DNA of 64,000 nucleotides from an uncultured Gammaproteobacteria bacterium (GCA_964452165.1 CAYVKP010000001.1:76110-140109), one strand, 5' to 3'. Counted from the first letter of the stretch, positions 9,939-18,779 are shown. Translations and numbers: made by a program. Notes: generated by a model not told the origin, from the sequence alone.

Positions 9939-9961
9939 ACAAACTACTTCGGTTTTAGAAT
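9932..9961 (+). repeat. cassette-junction/promoter repeat R4
   Basis: CTTGTAAACAAACTACTTCGGTTTTAGAAT; includes the upstream TAA. Confidence 0.75.
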
Positions 9962-9968
9962 CAAATAG

Positions 9969-10544
9969 ATGTATCTTCGGCTGTATTTTTTATTTTTTGG
10001 TTTTGTTGGTTTAATTGCACTGCTTGCTCAGTTTATATCTTTTCCGAACCTAGTAAACTACCTTAGTCTCTTTACAATCTTAAGTAACATTGCGGCAACT
10101 TTTCTTTTTCTTTACCTTGGCTTTATGGGAAAAAGTAGATATTCGGAGACTATAGATTTTCTATTCGGTGCTTTTGTAATGTATATAATGCTTACTACTA
10201 CGGGTTATTGGGTATTTCTTAGAAATGAACCCGTTCTGACCCCATGGATTAATATAGTACTTCACCTAGTTATGCCAGGCGCAGTCGTGGTGGGCTGGAT
10301 AATCCATAAGCACCAAAAGACGCTAAAGTACAAAACAGTTTTAATATGGCTCACTTTTCCAGTTCTTTACCTTGTTTATACGCTTGTTCGCGGGGGCCTC
10401 ACAAATTGGTATCCATACCCATTTTTAAATCCCGCAGAGTCCGGTGGATACGGAGGAGCTTTTATTTACGTAGCCATTCTTTCAATAGCTGCTTATCTTT
10501 TTGGCATCGCAACAGTTTTCATCGGCAACAAACTCCGCAAATAA
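9969..10544 (+). CDS. Pr6Pr/FAR-17a-like membrane protein
   Basis: FTILSN, LHLVMP, WYPYPFLN. Confidence 0.85.
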   Translation: MYLRLYFLFFGFVGLIALLAQFISFPNLVNYLSLFTILSNIAATFLFLYLGFMGKSRYSETIDFLFGAFVMYIMLTTTGYWVFLRNEPVLTPWINIVLHLVMPGAVVVGWIIHKHQKTLKYKTVLIWLTFPVLYLVYTLVRGGLTNWYPYPFLNPAESGGYGGAFIYVAILSIAAYLFGIATVFIGNKLRK

Positions 10545-10548
10545 TAAT

Positions 10549-10576
10549 CTTGTAAATAAATTGCTCCTGGTATAAT
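10549..10576 (+). repeat. cassette-junction/promoter repeat R5
   Basis: CTTGTAAATAAATTGCTCCTGGTATAAT. Confidence 0.85.
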
Positions 10577-10581
10577 TAAGC

Positions 10582-11358
10582 ATGGCACCCACGCAATTTG
10601 AAGATGTTAATAGTCTTCTAGGTGAACTTCTAAAAGAGCTGCAGACCGTTCTTGGTGAAAAACTCGTAGGCTTGTATCTTTATGGATCGCTTGTTTGGGG
10701 AGATTTTGACCATGATATCAGCGATATTGATTTATTGGCCGCAACCTCGGAAGACATAAATCAAGAAGATCTTGAGGCATTAAGAACAATGCATGAAGAT
10801 TTTACCAGTAAACACCTTAGGTGGAAAGACAGGATTGAAATTCAATACGTTTCAGTTTCGGTATTAAAAACATATAAATCTTCCGCAGAGGAAGGAACCC
10901 TAGCCGCGATAAGTCCAGGGGATCCGCTTAAGATAGCGCCTGCCTTAAAGGATTATTTAATGAATTGGTATTCTGTCATGGAGAAAGGGATTACGCTTTT
11001 TGGACCTGATCCCAAAACGGTTATCGAACCTGTTTCGAAAGAAGAGTTTATCCAAGCGGTAAAGAAAAACGTAAGCAAATGGACTACGTATATAGAGGGG
11101 ACAAAACATTCTCGCCCTTATCAGGCATATGCAATATTAACCATGTGTAGGGCGCTATACGCTTATAAAAATGGCGAACAGCCTTCAAAAAAGCAAGCGG
11201 CTGAGTGGGCGCAGAAAGAATTACCGGATTGGGCTCCATTGATACAAGATGCTTTATCTTGGCGCAAAGATTACAGGAATGAAAATGTTGAACATGAGAA
11301 AACGTACCCCAAAACAGTTGAGTTCGTCAATTTCATAAGTAAGCTGATCCAAGAGTAA
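10582..11358 (+). CDS. aminoglycoside adenylyltransferase-like nucleotidyltransferase (DUF4111)
   Basis: Pol-beta NTase motif YLYGS...SDIDLL; C-terminal YAILTMCR...SKKQAAEWA. Confidence 0.85.
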   Translation: MAPTQFEDVNSLLGELLKELQTVLGEKLVGLYLYGSLVWGDFDHDISDIDLLAATSEDINQEDLEALRTMHEDFTSKHLRWKDRIEIQYVSVSVLKTYKSSAEEGTLAAISPGDPLKIAPALKDYLMNWYSVMEKGITLFGPDPKTVIEPVSKEEFIQAVKKNVSKWTTYIEGTKHSRPYQAYAILTMCRALYAYKNGEQPSKKQAAEWAQKELPDWAPLIQDALSWRKDYRNENVEHEKTYPKTVEFVNFISKLIQE

Positions 11359-11388
11359 CTTGTAAATAAATTACTCTGGGTGTATCAT
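11359..11388 (+). repeat. cassette-junction/promoter repeat R6
   Basis: CTTGTAAATAAATTACTCTGGGTGTATCAT; begins immediately after the upstream stop. Confidence 0.8.
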
Positions 11389-11396
11389 GCTCCAAA

Positions 11397-12134
11397 TTGC
11401 AGTCCGACTATATATCTATACGCTATAAAGAAGCTATACCGGTGGTAAGCCTCTGCTATTTATGCGATGAACCTTTAGATTCAACTGCCACTTCTGACCA
11501 TATTATTCCAAATCATTTATTTAAACCTGGGGATCCTCATAGACCAAAACTACCCGTACATTATGCCTGTAATAATTTGAAATCAAAGGAAGATGAATGG
11601 TTTGTTAAGCAATTACAATTACGATCTGCTTTTGACAAAGGTGCTGAGGAAGAATTTTCAAAGTTAATGACGAAAGCCATAATTGAAAAACCTGATGCAT
11701 ACATAATTGGCAAAAAGCTACACAACTATAAGTTGGCAAAAGGAATGTTCGAAGGAATAGAGTGGGGATTTGAACTGCCATACAAAGACGAGGCTCTCAT
11801 GCAATTTAAAATACCGAAAAACATCGCGGAGCGCTTTGGAAAAAATGTGGAGGATTTATGTACCGGATTGTATATTCGCAATATACCATCATCAAAACCA
11901 TCTAGGCCCGAAATTATGTTAACACAGGACAAAAAACTTGCTTTTAATGGTAAAGCTGAAGGATTTTATAATTCAATAATTGGATTTATGAAAGCTTCAG
12001 AAAGTAGTCTATTTATGCAACGCTGGGATAGTAGGATTTTCTACGTAGGAAGTCGCGTTGCAGAAACACCAGATAAAGGCTTTATATTCATCCAGTTTTA
12101 TACCCAATTCAATATTCTGGCTGTTTTTAGATAG
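11397..12134 (+). CDS. protein with an N-terminal HNH-like endonuclease domain
   Basis: CYLC...SDHIIP...VHYACNNLKS. Confidence 0.7.
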   Translation: MQSDYISIRYKEAIPVVSLCYLCDEPLDSTATSDHIIPNHLFKPGDPHRPKLPVHYACNNLKSKEDEWFVKQLQLRSAFDKGAEEEFSKLMTKAIIEKPDAYIIGKKLHNYKLAKGMFEGIEWGFELPYKDEALMQFKIPKNIAERFGKNVEDLCTGLYIRNIPSSKPSRPEIMLTQDKKLAFNGKAEGFYNSIIGFMKASESSLFMQRWDSRIFYVGSRVAETPDKGFIFIQFYTQFNILAVFR

Positions 12135-12151
12135 CTCACAGTCTATCGATA

Positions 12152-12187
12152 TTAAGTCTTGACTTAATTAAGTGGAGGGTTTATAAT
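12152..12187 (+). promoter_or_regulatory. sigma70 promoter with palindromic operator upstream of the ArsR gene
   Basis: TTGACT-17-TATAAT; overlapping palindromes TTAAGTC-TT-GACTTAA and ACTTAATTAAGT. Confidence 0.65.
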
Positions 12188-12194
12188 ACTCCTA

Positions 12195-12518
12195 ATGGAC
12201 ACATTTCAAGCTCTTTCTGACCCCAACCGTCGCCGTATTATCGAGTTAATCGCTGCTAAGGGACAACTTACTGCCACAGATATTTCAGACAACTTCAAAG
12301 TCTCAGCACCAGCAATTTCCCAACACTTAAAAATCTTACGAGAAGCAAAATTGGTTGACATGGAAAAGCGAGCACAACAAAGAATTTATACAATTAACAC
12401 TGCTTCAATTCATGAAATAGAAGAGTGGGCAAGAAAAATGGTCGCGACATGGGACGCGCGCTTTAAAAAATTAGACAAGTTACTTGAGGATCTTAAAAAG
12501 AAGGGAGGGAAAAAATAA
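12195..12518 (+). CDS. ArsR/SmtB family transcriptional regulator
   Basis: FQALSDPNRRRII...SQHLKILREAKLV. Confidence 0.93.
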   Translation: MDTFQALSDPNRRRIIELIAAKGQLTATDISDNFKVSAPAISQHLKILREAKLVDMEKRAQQRIYTINTASIHEIEEWARKMVATWDARFKKLDKLLEDLKKKGGKK

Positions 12519-12982
12519 TGGATAACAACACTCAATTTGAAGTAGATAAAAATAATTTACAGGTTACAATCACGCGTGTTTTCAATGCTACACCTGACAA
12601 ACTTTGGGCTGCATATACAAAGCCTGAATTAATCGTTAAATGGTGGGAAGGAACAGTCGTTGATAAATTAGAGATGAACGTAGGGGGTGCATGGCGTTTT
12701 GTAAGCAAGAGCCCTGACGGTCAAGAACACGCATTCCGGGGAGAGTTCAAAGAAATTGACGAGCCAAAAAAAATTGTCAGAACTTTTGAATACGAACCAA
12801 TGGCCGGACACGTAATGACTGAAACTCTAAATCTCACGCCTGTTGGAGACAACAAAACAAAAGTCACAACAATATCAAGGTTTAAAAACGAACAAGATTT
12901 GGAAGGAATGGTTTCAATGGGAATGAAAGAAGGATCATCTGCCGGTCTTGATAGACTCGCAAAGGTTGTAGAAAGTATGTAA
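12518..12982 (+). CDS. SRPBCC/AHSA1 family protein
   Basis: ITRVFNA, GGAWRF, GMKEG...LDRL; usual partner of ArsR. Confidence 0.9.
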   Translation: MDNNTQFEVDKNNLQVTITRVFNATPDKLWAAYTKPELIVKWWEGTVVDKLEMNVGGAWRFVSKSPDGQEHAFRGEFKEIDEPKKIVRTFEYEPMAGHVMTETLNLTPVGDNKTKVTTISRFKNEQDLEGMVSMGMKEGSSAGLDRLAKVVESM

Positions 12983-13112
12983 CTAAAAGTGCGGCCGCAC
13001 TCACTGGAGTTTTCTCATACACTTTCTTAACAAAGTCCTACTTAAAAGCTCTTACAATTCATGTTAAAATGGCTAAGCTAATCTCAGGGAAGATCGGGGA
13101 TTAAAGATAAAA

Positions 13113-13616
13113 ATGCAAAAGATTACCACGTGTCTATGGTTTAAAAAAAATAACGGTGAAGAAGCTGCCAATTACTACGTTGAAACCTTTAACTCAGCCC
13201 CCAACTCTTCTCACAACGGAAAAATTTTGACAAGCCAGAAAACTCCTGAAGCGGCTGCGGAAATATCCGGAAGGCCGGCAGGGTCCCTCCTAACAATTGA
13301 ATTTGAACTAGATGGAGCTCGATTTTTAGGACTAAATGGTGGACCTGTTGAAGGATTTAATTTCTCTCCCGCAACTTCCTTTATTGTAGACTGCGAAACC
13401 CAAGAAGAAATTGATCATTTCTGGAAGGCTCTTTCTGCGGTCCCTGAGGCCGAGCAGTGTGGCTGGTGTACCGATCGCTTTGGAATAACATGGCAAATAG
13501 TCCCAAAAATTTTGACCGAACTGATGAGCGATCCTGCAACGAGCGAAAAAGTAACAGCGGCTTTCATGCCAATGAAAAAACTTAATATAGAAGAACTCAA
13601 AAAAGCTGCCGAATAA
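13113..13616 (+). CDS. VOC family protein (3-demethylubiquinone-9 3-methyltransferase-like)
   Basis: MQKITTCLWF, LNGGP, CGWCTDRFGITWQIVP. Confidence 0.9.
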   Translation: MQKITTCLWFKKNNGEEAANYYVETFNSAPNSSHNGKILTSQKTPEAAAEISGRPAGSLLTIEFELDGARFLGLNGGPVEGFNFSPATSFIVDCETQEEIDHFWKALSAVPEAEQCGWCTDRFGITWQIVPKILTELMSDPATSEKVTAAFMPMKKLNIEELKKAAE

Positions 13617-13618
13617 TA

Positions 13619-14218
13619 ATGCGAAAGATAATTGTTCTATCATTTATCTCTCTTGATGGTGTGATGCAGGCGCCTGGTGGCCCTGAGGAAGACACTTCAG
13701 GCGGTTTTAAATACGGCGGCTGGACAGCGCCTTTCTTTGATGACTTTGCAGGTAAAATAATGGGCGAGCAAATGAGTGGAGACTACGATTTGCTCTTAGG
13801 AAGAAAGACTTATGATATATTTGCAGGTTATTGGCCTACGCATGCAGGTGAATTCTGGCCCCAAGTAAATAAAATTACAAAATATGTCGTCTCAAAAACT
13901 CTCGAGAAAGGAACTTGGACAAATTCAGTCGTTTTAAAAGATTCATCGGATATCAAAAAACTAAAAGATGAGGACGGAACCCCTCTTCAGGTTCACGGAA
14001 GCGGAAATTTAATTCAGACACTTTTGAAAGAAGATCTAGTGGACGAACTCTGGCTTAAAACATTCCCCGTGACTTTAGGTCCCGGGAAAAAGCTTTTTGC
14101 GGAGGGTACGATTCCCGGTGCATTTACCCTTACTGACAGTAAAGTTTCACCAAGCGGAGTAATATTTGCAAATTACAAGCGTGCGGGAGAAGTCAAAACC
14201 GGCACGGTGGGTGAATAG
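13619..14218 (+). CDS. dihydrofolate reductase family (RibD C-terminal) protein
   Basis: SLDGVMQAPGG, LLGRKTY, HGSGNL, GKKLF. Confidence 0.92.
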   Translation: MRKIIVLSFISLDGVMQAPGGPEEDTSGGFKYGGWTAPFFDDFAGKIMGEQMSGDYDLLLGRKTYDIFAGYWPTHAGEFWPQVNKITKYVVSKTLEKGTWTNSVVLKDSSDIKKLKDEDGTPLQVHGSGNLIQTLLKEDLVDELWLKTFPVTLGPGKKLFAEGTIPGAFTLTDSKVSPSGVIFANYKRAGEVKTGTVGE

Positions 14219-14266
14219 ACAAATCCGCTTGAAAAATATCCCGTATAGAATTAGAATCTACACACC

Positions 14267-14542
14267 ATGTGTCGGAATATTAAACATCTCTTCAACTTTG
14301 ATCCTCCTGCAAGAGAAGACGAAATTAAAGCTGCCGCTGAACAATTCGTAAGAAAAATCTCAGGATTCACCAAGCCTTCGAAGGCAAACGAAAAGGTATT
14401 TAATCATGCAGTCGAACATATAACAGAACATGCGGCGCAACTTCTATCCTCACTTGTCACAGACGCTGATCCTCGAAACCGTGAGGAAGAAGCAAAACGG
14501 GCACACGAAAGAGCAATCAAAAGATTTGGAACACAAAACTAA
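14267..14542 (+). CDS. DUF2277 family protein
   Basis: MCRNIKHLFNFDPPA...FVRKISGF. Confidence 0.9.
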   Translation: MCRNIKHLFNFDPPAREDEIKAAAEQFVRKISGFTKPSKANEKVFNHAVEHITEHAAQLLSSLVTDADPRNREEEAKRAHERAIKRFGTQN

Positions 14543-15115
14543 ATGAGAAAGATAATTGTTTTCAATATGATCTCGGCCGATGGCTATTTTGCAGGAATTG
14601 ATGGCGACATCTCATGGCACATGGTAGACGACGAATTTAATAAATTCGCGATTGAACATACACAAGAGTTTGGAACTATAATTTTTGGCCACACGACTTA
14701 CAAAATCTTTGAAGAATACTGGCCAAAAGCTTTAAAAGACCCAAAAACAGGTGCGGACGATCGTAAAATTGCGCAGATAATAGAGGACGTGCAGAAAATA
14801 GTATTTTCAAAAAAACGTAAAGAGGTCACCTGGAATAATTCGAAGGTATTCAATAAAATTACACCTGAAAATGTAATTGCCTGGAAAGAAAAAAAAGGAA
14901 GCGACGGAAAACCTGCTGCCATTTTTGGAAGCGGGCAGATAGTTGCGCAATTTACGGATCTGGGTTTAATCGACGAATACCGCCTGATGATAAATCCCGT
15001 TATTTTGGGCGCCGGGAAATCTATGTTTGCCGGAGTCAAAAAGCAGAATCTGAAGCTAATAAAAACGCGAGAATTTAAAAATGGAAATATACTCGCCTAT
15101 TACCAACCACAATGA
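14543..15115 (+). CDS. dihydrofolate reductase family (RibD C-terminal) protein
   Basis: ISADGYF, IFGSG, LIDEYRLMINPVILGAGK. Confidence 0.92.
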   Translation: MRKIIVFNMISADGYFAGIDGDISWHMVDDEFNKFAIEHTQEFGTIIFGHTTYKIFEEYWPKALKDPKTGADDRKIAQIIEDVQKIVFSKKRKEVTWNNSKVFNKITPENVIAWKEKKGSDGKPAAIFGSGQIVAQFTDLGLIDEYRLMINPVILGAGKSMFAGVKKQNLKLIKTREFKNGNILAYYQPQ

Positions 15116-15474
15116 AAGCTGTAAATATAAAAAATCTTAAGAAACAAAAAATAGGCGCACCGCTTTTTACGGACGAGATTATCATGCAGACGGCAGTTTC
15201 GGAGGAGGAGGGTGCTGACATGGTTGTTGCCTACGTAACTTTTCCTAAAAATGTAAGGAATCGCTTTCATAAACATACACATGACCAGGTTTTAATAGTA
15301 ACTGAAGGCGAGGGATTCTATGAGACAAAAGAAAAACGTTTCATTCTGAAAAAGGGTGATATTGCGTGGAGTCCGGCAGGCGAAGTACATTCACATGGCG
15401 CGCTTGAAAAGGGCAAATTTACACACATTACTGTTACCCCCAAGAAAACAAAACTCACCCAGATTGAGAAGTAA
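15112..15474 (+). CDS. cupin domain protein
   Basis: HKHTHDQVLIVTEGEG...GEVHSHGA. Confidence 0.9.
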   Translation: MKAVNIKNLKKQKIGAPLFTDEIIMQTAVSEEEGADMVVAYVTFPKNVRNRFHKHTHDQVLIVTEGEGFYETKEKRFILKKGDIAWSPAGEVHSHGALEKGKFTHITVTPKKTKLTQIEK

Positions 15475-15563
15475 AAATTAGTCGATTTTGATCTACTTAG
15501 TCTAATTTACTTTCGTATTTTTTTCGTATATTATTATTAGTCCCAGACTGACCATGCAGGCCT

Positions 15564-15773
15564 ATGAACCTCTCAGATACCATTATAAAAATTATTAAAT
15601 CCTTCAAGCCAATTGAAGCAAAAACTCAGATTAAAAATCCTGTCATAAACTACAAAAGTCCCACAAATTATGTGTTCCAAAAATTTGAGATGGATAAATC
15701 CCAATTTGAAACTCTTGTTTCTGAGATCTCGAGCAAAATCATTGAAACGATTACCAAAGCGCTGGATAGTTGA
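15564..15773 (+). CDS. small hypothetical protein
   Basis: 69-aa ORF filling the gap in the same orientation; no motif. Confidence 0.4.
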   Translation: MNLSDTIIKIIKSFKPIEAKTQIKNPVINYKSPTNYVFQKFEMDKSQFETLVSEISSKIIETITKALDS

Positions 15774-15785
15774 TATAATTTGACT

Positions 15786-16514
15786 ATGTACGGAATTGCA
15801 AAGTTTTTAGATCCAAATCATCCAGAAGCACATACGGTCAATACTACGGCTAAGCTCAATTGGCTGCGTGCATCAGTCTTAGGTGCAAATGATGGAGTCG
15901 TATCAATCGCAGGACTCGTCTTGGGAGTCGCTGGGGCAACAAGCCATATTGGAGTAATTGTTGCTGCCGGAGTTGCGGGAATAATTGCAGGAGCCATATC
16001 AATGGCGGCGGGTGAATATGTCTCCGTCTCCTCATCTCGTGATACAGAACACGCACTTCTCAAAAAAGAGGAATATGAACTCAAGAACTATCCCGAGGCA
16101 GAACTTGAAGAGCTGATATCTCTCTATGAGAGAAAGGGTCTTTCAAAAAAAACCGCGACTCAGGTTGCAAATGAACTAACAAAAAAGGATGCATTTGCAG
16201 CGCATGTTGATATTGAACTTGGAATTGACCCTGAGAATCTGACTAACCCGTGGCATGCCGCTGCGGCTTCGGCTATTTCTTATCTGGTTGGGGCAATAAT
16301 TCCGCTTGTTGCGATTATTTTACCCAGCGCGTCTACTCGCGTGCCTATTGCGTTCGGTTCGGTTGTAGTGGCGCTTATTGTTATTGGAACGTTCTCTGCG
16401 GTAGTTGGCGGAGCAAGTATTTCAAGAGCGGTAATAAGAGTGGTTGCCGGGGGAATTCTTGCGATGGGCGTTACCTACTCAATTGGGCGACTCTTTGGAA
16501 TATCAGGACTTTAA
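15786..16514 (+). CDS. VIT1/CCC1 family transporter
   Basis: LRASVLGANDG, SMAAGEYVSVSS, NPWHAA. Confidence 0.93.
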   Translation: MYGIAKFLDPNHPEAHTVNTTAKLNWLRASVLGANDGVVSIAGLVLGVAGATSHIGVIVAAGVAGIIAGAISMAAGEYVSVSSSRDTEHALLKKEEYELKNYPEAELEELISLYERKGLSKKTATQVANELTKKDAFAAHVDIELGIDPENLTNPWHAAAASAISYLVGAIIPLVAIILPSASTRVPIAFGSVVVALIVIGTFSAVVGGASISRAVIRVVAGGILAMGVTYSIGRLFGISGL

Positions 16515-16533
16515 GTAGTGCTATAATACCTCT

Positions 16534-17139
16534 ATGAAAATCGCAGTGATTGGCGCAGGAAATGTAGGTGGAACTCTGGCTAAAAGATTTGCAGATGCCG
16601 GGCATACTGTTGTCCTTGGTGTTAGAAATCAGGACGATCCAAAAGTAAAAATACTTCTTTCAGATAAACTCTCTGCAAAATCAATTTCCGAGGCCGCACG
16701 CGAGGCTGAAGTTATTGTAACCGCAGCATATCCGACGGCGACAAAAGAAATTGCCGAACAACTCGGAGATGTCAAAAACAAGGTAATAATTGACGTCATG
16801 AATACTTTCCGTGGCGCGCCCGTTCCACACAAAACAACCGCCGAGGCACTTCTTGCCTGGACAAATTCAAAAGATGTTGTCCGATGTTTCAACACAACCG
16901 GTTGGCAAAATATGGAAAATCCTACATATAACGGTGAAGGTATTGATATGTTTGTTGCAGGAGACAGCAAGCGCGGAAAAGCACTCGCGACAAAGCTTGC
17001 CAAAGAAATTGGCTTCGGGCAAGTGTACGATCTTGGAGGAAATGATGCATTTGAACTTATGGAAAATATTGTTATAACTTGGGTTGGACTTTCTCAAAAA
17101 CTCGGGCGAGACATTGCTCTTAAGATCCTCAAACGCTGA
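16534..17139 (+). CDS. NADP oxidoreductase, coenzyme F420-dependent family
   Basis: IGAGNVG Rossmann motif, VVRCFNT, VAGD. Confidence 0.85.
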   Translation: MKIAVIGAGNVGGTLAKRFADAGHTVVLGVRNQDDPKVKILLSDKLSAKSISEAAREAEVIVTAAYPTATKEIAEQLGDVKNKVIIDVMNTFRGAPVPHKTTAEALLAWTNSKDVVRCFNTTGWQNMENPTYNGEGIDMFVAGDSKRGKALATKLAKEIGFGQVYDLGGNDAFELMENIVITWVGLSQKLGRDIALKILKR

Positions 17140-17182
17140 ACACAAAACGATAGGAAAAGATCTTCTTAGGAAATAGAGGCGA

Positions 17183-17758
17183 TTAAACTTCTTCTGATGG
17201 GGTTTCTTGTGTTGGAGTTTCTGCTTGCTCTTCGGGTTGCACTTCAGCTTGGACCTTTGAAGGCGCGGCTTTTCTTGTTCTCTTGGGTTTTTCCGCTAAA
17301 ACGGTTGGTTCCTCCGGCGAAAGCTCCAGCTCTTCAACTTTTCTTGACGGGCGAGGTGAGGCTGCTGCTTGTGCCTTCTCGGGTTTTGTTGCGGAAGATT
17401 CAAGTAAGCCGATGATTCTGTCGAGTTTACTGTTTAAGGCAGCGAGTTGTTCGCCGAATTGGGCTTGACCATTACCCCTTGGAGCATCTGACCTTCTGTC
17501 TCCTCTATCTGATCCTCTTCTGTCATCTCTTCCTTCACTTCTCGCAGGACGGTCGCTACCACCTCTTTGTTCTCGGAAACAATCGTTGCAGAAAACCGGC
17601 TTACCACTTGTGGGCTGAAAGGGAACTTCACATTCTTTTCCACAGTTACTACAAACTGCACTATACATTTGGCGAGGTCCGGAGTCTCTTCTGTCAAACC
17701 CTCGTCCGCCTCCACGCGAAGATCTTTGTCCACGATTGTCTCTGTTAAAATCAGCCAT
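17183..17758 (-). CDS. CxxC-x17-CxxC domain protein with RG-rich regions
   Basis: AVCSNCGKECEVPFQPTSGKPVFCNDCF. Confidence 0.9.
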   Translation of the reverse strand: MADFNRDNRGQRSSRGGGRGFDRRDSGPRQMYSAVCSNCGKECEVPFQPTSGKPVFCNDCFREQRGGSDRPARSEGRDDRRGSDRGDRRSDAPRGNGQAQFGEQLAALNSKLDRIIGLLESSATKPEKAQAAASPRPSRKVEELELSPEEPTVLAEKPKRTRKAAPSKVQAEVQPEEQAETPTQETPSEEV

Positions 17759-17801
17759 GGGTACATTATACACTAGACTCGGCCCAAAGACACGAGTAAC
17801 T

Positions 17802-18779
17802 TCAGGAGGGTGAAAAGCTTTGAACTATCTTCTTAGCTTCTTCCTTCTTTTCTTCCGTGATATGGACTAGGACTCCGCCAACATCCGGCAAACCGTAAAA
17901 GACGGTTGAGGAGAGAGGCGCAAGGAGTATTGCGGGGAGAGTAAGTAGGTCCTCCTCGCCTTCAACTTCAATTGCCTGCCTATGTCCTGACAAGGCACCC
18001 TGGACTGCCTGATTTAAACTTTTAACCGCGGCGGAGCTTATCGTCCCGGGGTCATTTCTTACTTTAATATCCGGCTTTGGGAGCTTTTCTAAAATCTGTG
18101 GGGCTGCTGCTTGGCGTTTTGTCTTTAAATCAAAAACCGAAACGCTTTGGGCTATACCATTTTCAATAAGTCTAACCGTTGCCACATCTCCTATTGAAAC
18201 ATTGAATTTTGAATCGACGCCAAATTTATCGCTTGTTATAATTTCTCCCAACGGCTTTCTCAATTCTTCCCGCAAAGAGTCGGGCATATGTAAGTCTTTC
18301 TCGAACAGCCTTAAATAAACCGTTCCCTCACGATCTATTTCCCCATTCCTGATTCTTGTTGATGAAATCGGTCCTCCATCTTCTGCCTTAAGGATGGATA
18401 CCTGTATTGTCTCAAGCTCTGAAAGACCATTTTTTCCACGCGCTTGGTTTACTTCGCCTGCTCCCCCCAGGGTATTCTCGCTTACTATAATTGCTTCAAT
18501 GTCAGGATCAGTATAAGCGGGGCAGCCTGTTTTATCATGGACATGAAAATGTGCTCGCGCAGACCAATCTTTAGATCTTAAGAAATTCTCGACCCCCTGA
18601 GTCCTCGCATCTTGATCCTGAAGTGTATTTTTGCCTCGCTCGCGACAAAATTCATCTGAATTTACTCCTATCAAAACCTCTTCTGAATTTGAAAAAGCCT
18701 CACTAATCAACTTCTCATGACCTTTATGCAAAAAGTCAAATGCGCCACCTAAAATTGCACGTTTGTATTTAAAACTCAT
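17802..18779 (-). CDS. fusion of archaeal/eukaryote-type phosphopantetheine adenylyltransferase and DUF359 (GTP-dependent dephospho-CoA kinase)
   Basis: N-terminal GGAFDFLHKGH...ISSTRIR; C-terminal GDVAT, DLKTKR, GEEDLL, FYGLP. Confidence 0.85.
   Translation of the reverse strand: MSFKYKRAILGGAFDFLHKGHEKLISEAFSNSEEVLIGVNSDEFCRERGKNTLQDQDARTQGVENFLRSKDWSARAHFHVHDKTGCPAYTDPDIEAIIVSENTLGGAGEVNQARGKNGLSELETIQVSILKAEDGGPISSTRIRNGEIDREGTVYLRLFEKDLHMPDSLREELRKPLGEIITSDKFGVDSKFNVSIGDVATVRLIENGIAQSVSVFDLKTKRQAAAPQILEKLPKPDIKVRNDPGTISSAAVKSLNQAVQGALSGHRQAIEVEGEEDLLTLPAILLAPLSSTVFYGLPDVGGVLVHITEEKKEEAKKIVQSFSPS

Noticed and set aside
8003-11388. Junction repeats as a CRISPR array, integron attC sites or Xer dif sites
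   Set aside because: The spacers are whole genes and no cas genes are present. There are no RYYYAAC...GTTRRRY ends or long hairpins, and no XerC/XerD arm consensus.
14216-14224. TAGACAAAT at a gene end, resembling the R1/R2 core
   Set aside because: Only 9 bp match; the flanks and -10 spacing do not fit.
1965-17182. Integrative element inserted at tRNA-Asn
   Set aside because: No integrase gene and no duplicated tRNA 3' end was found by eye.
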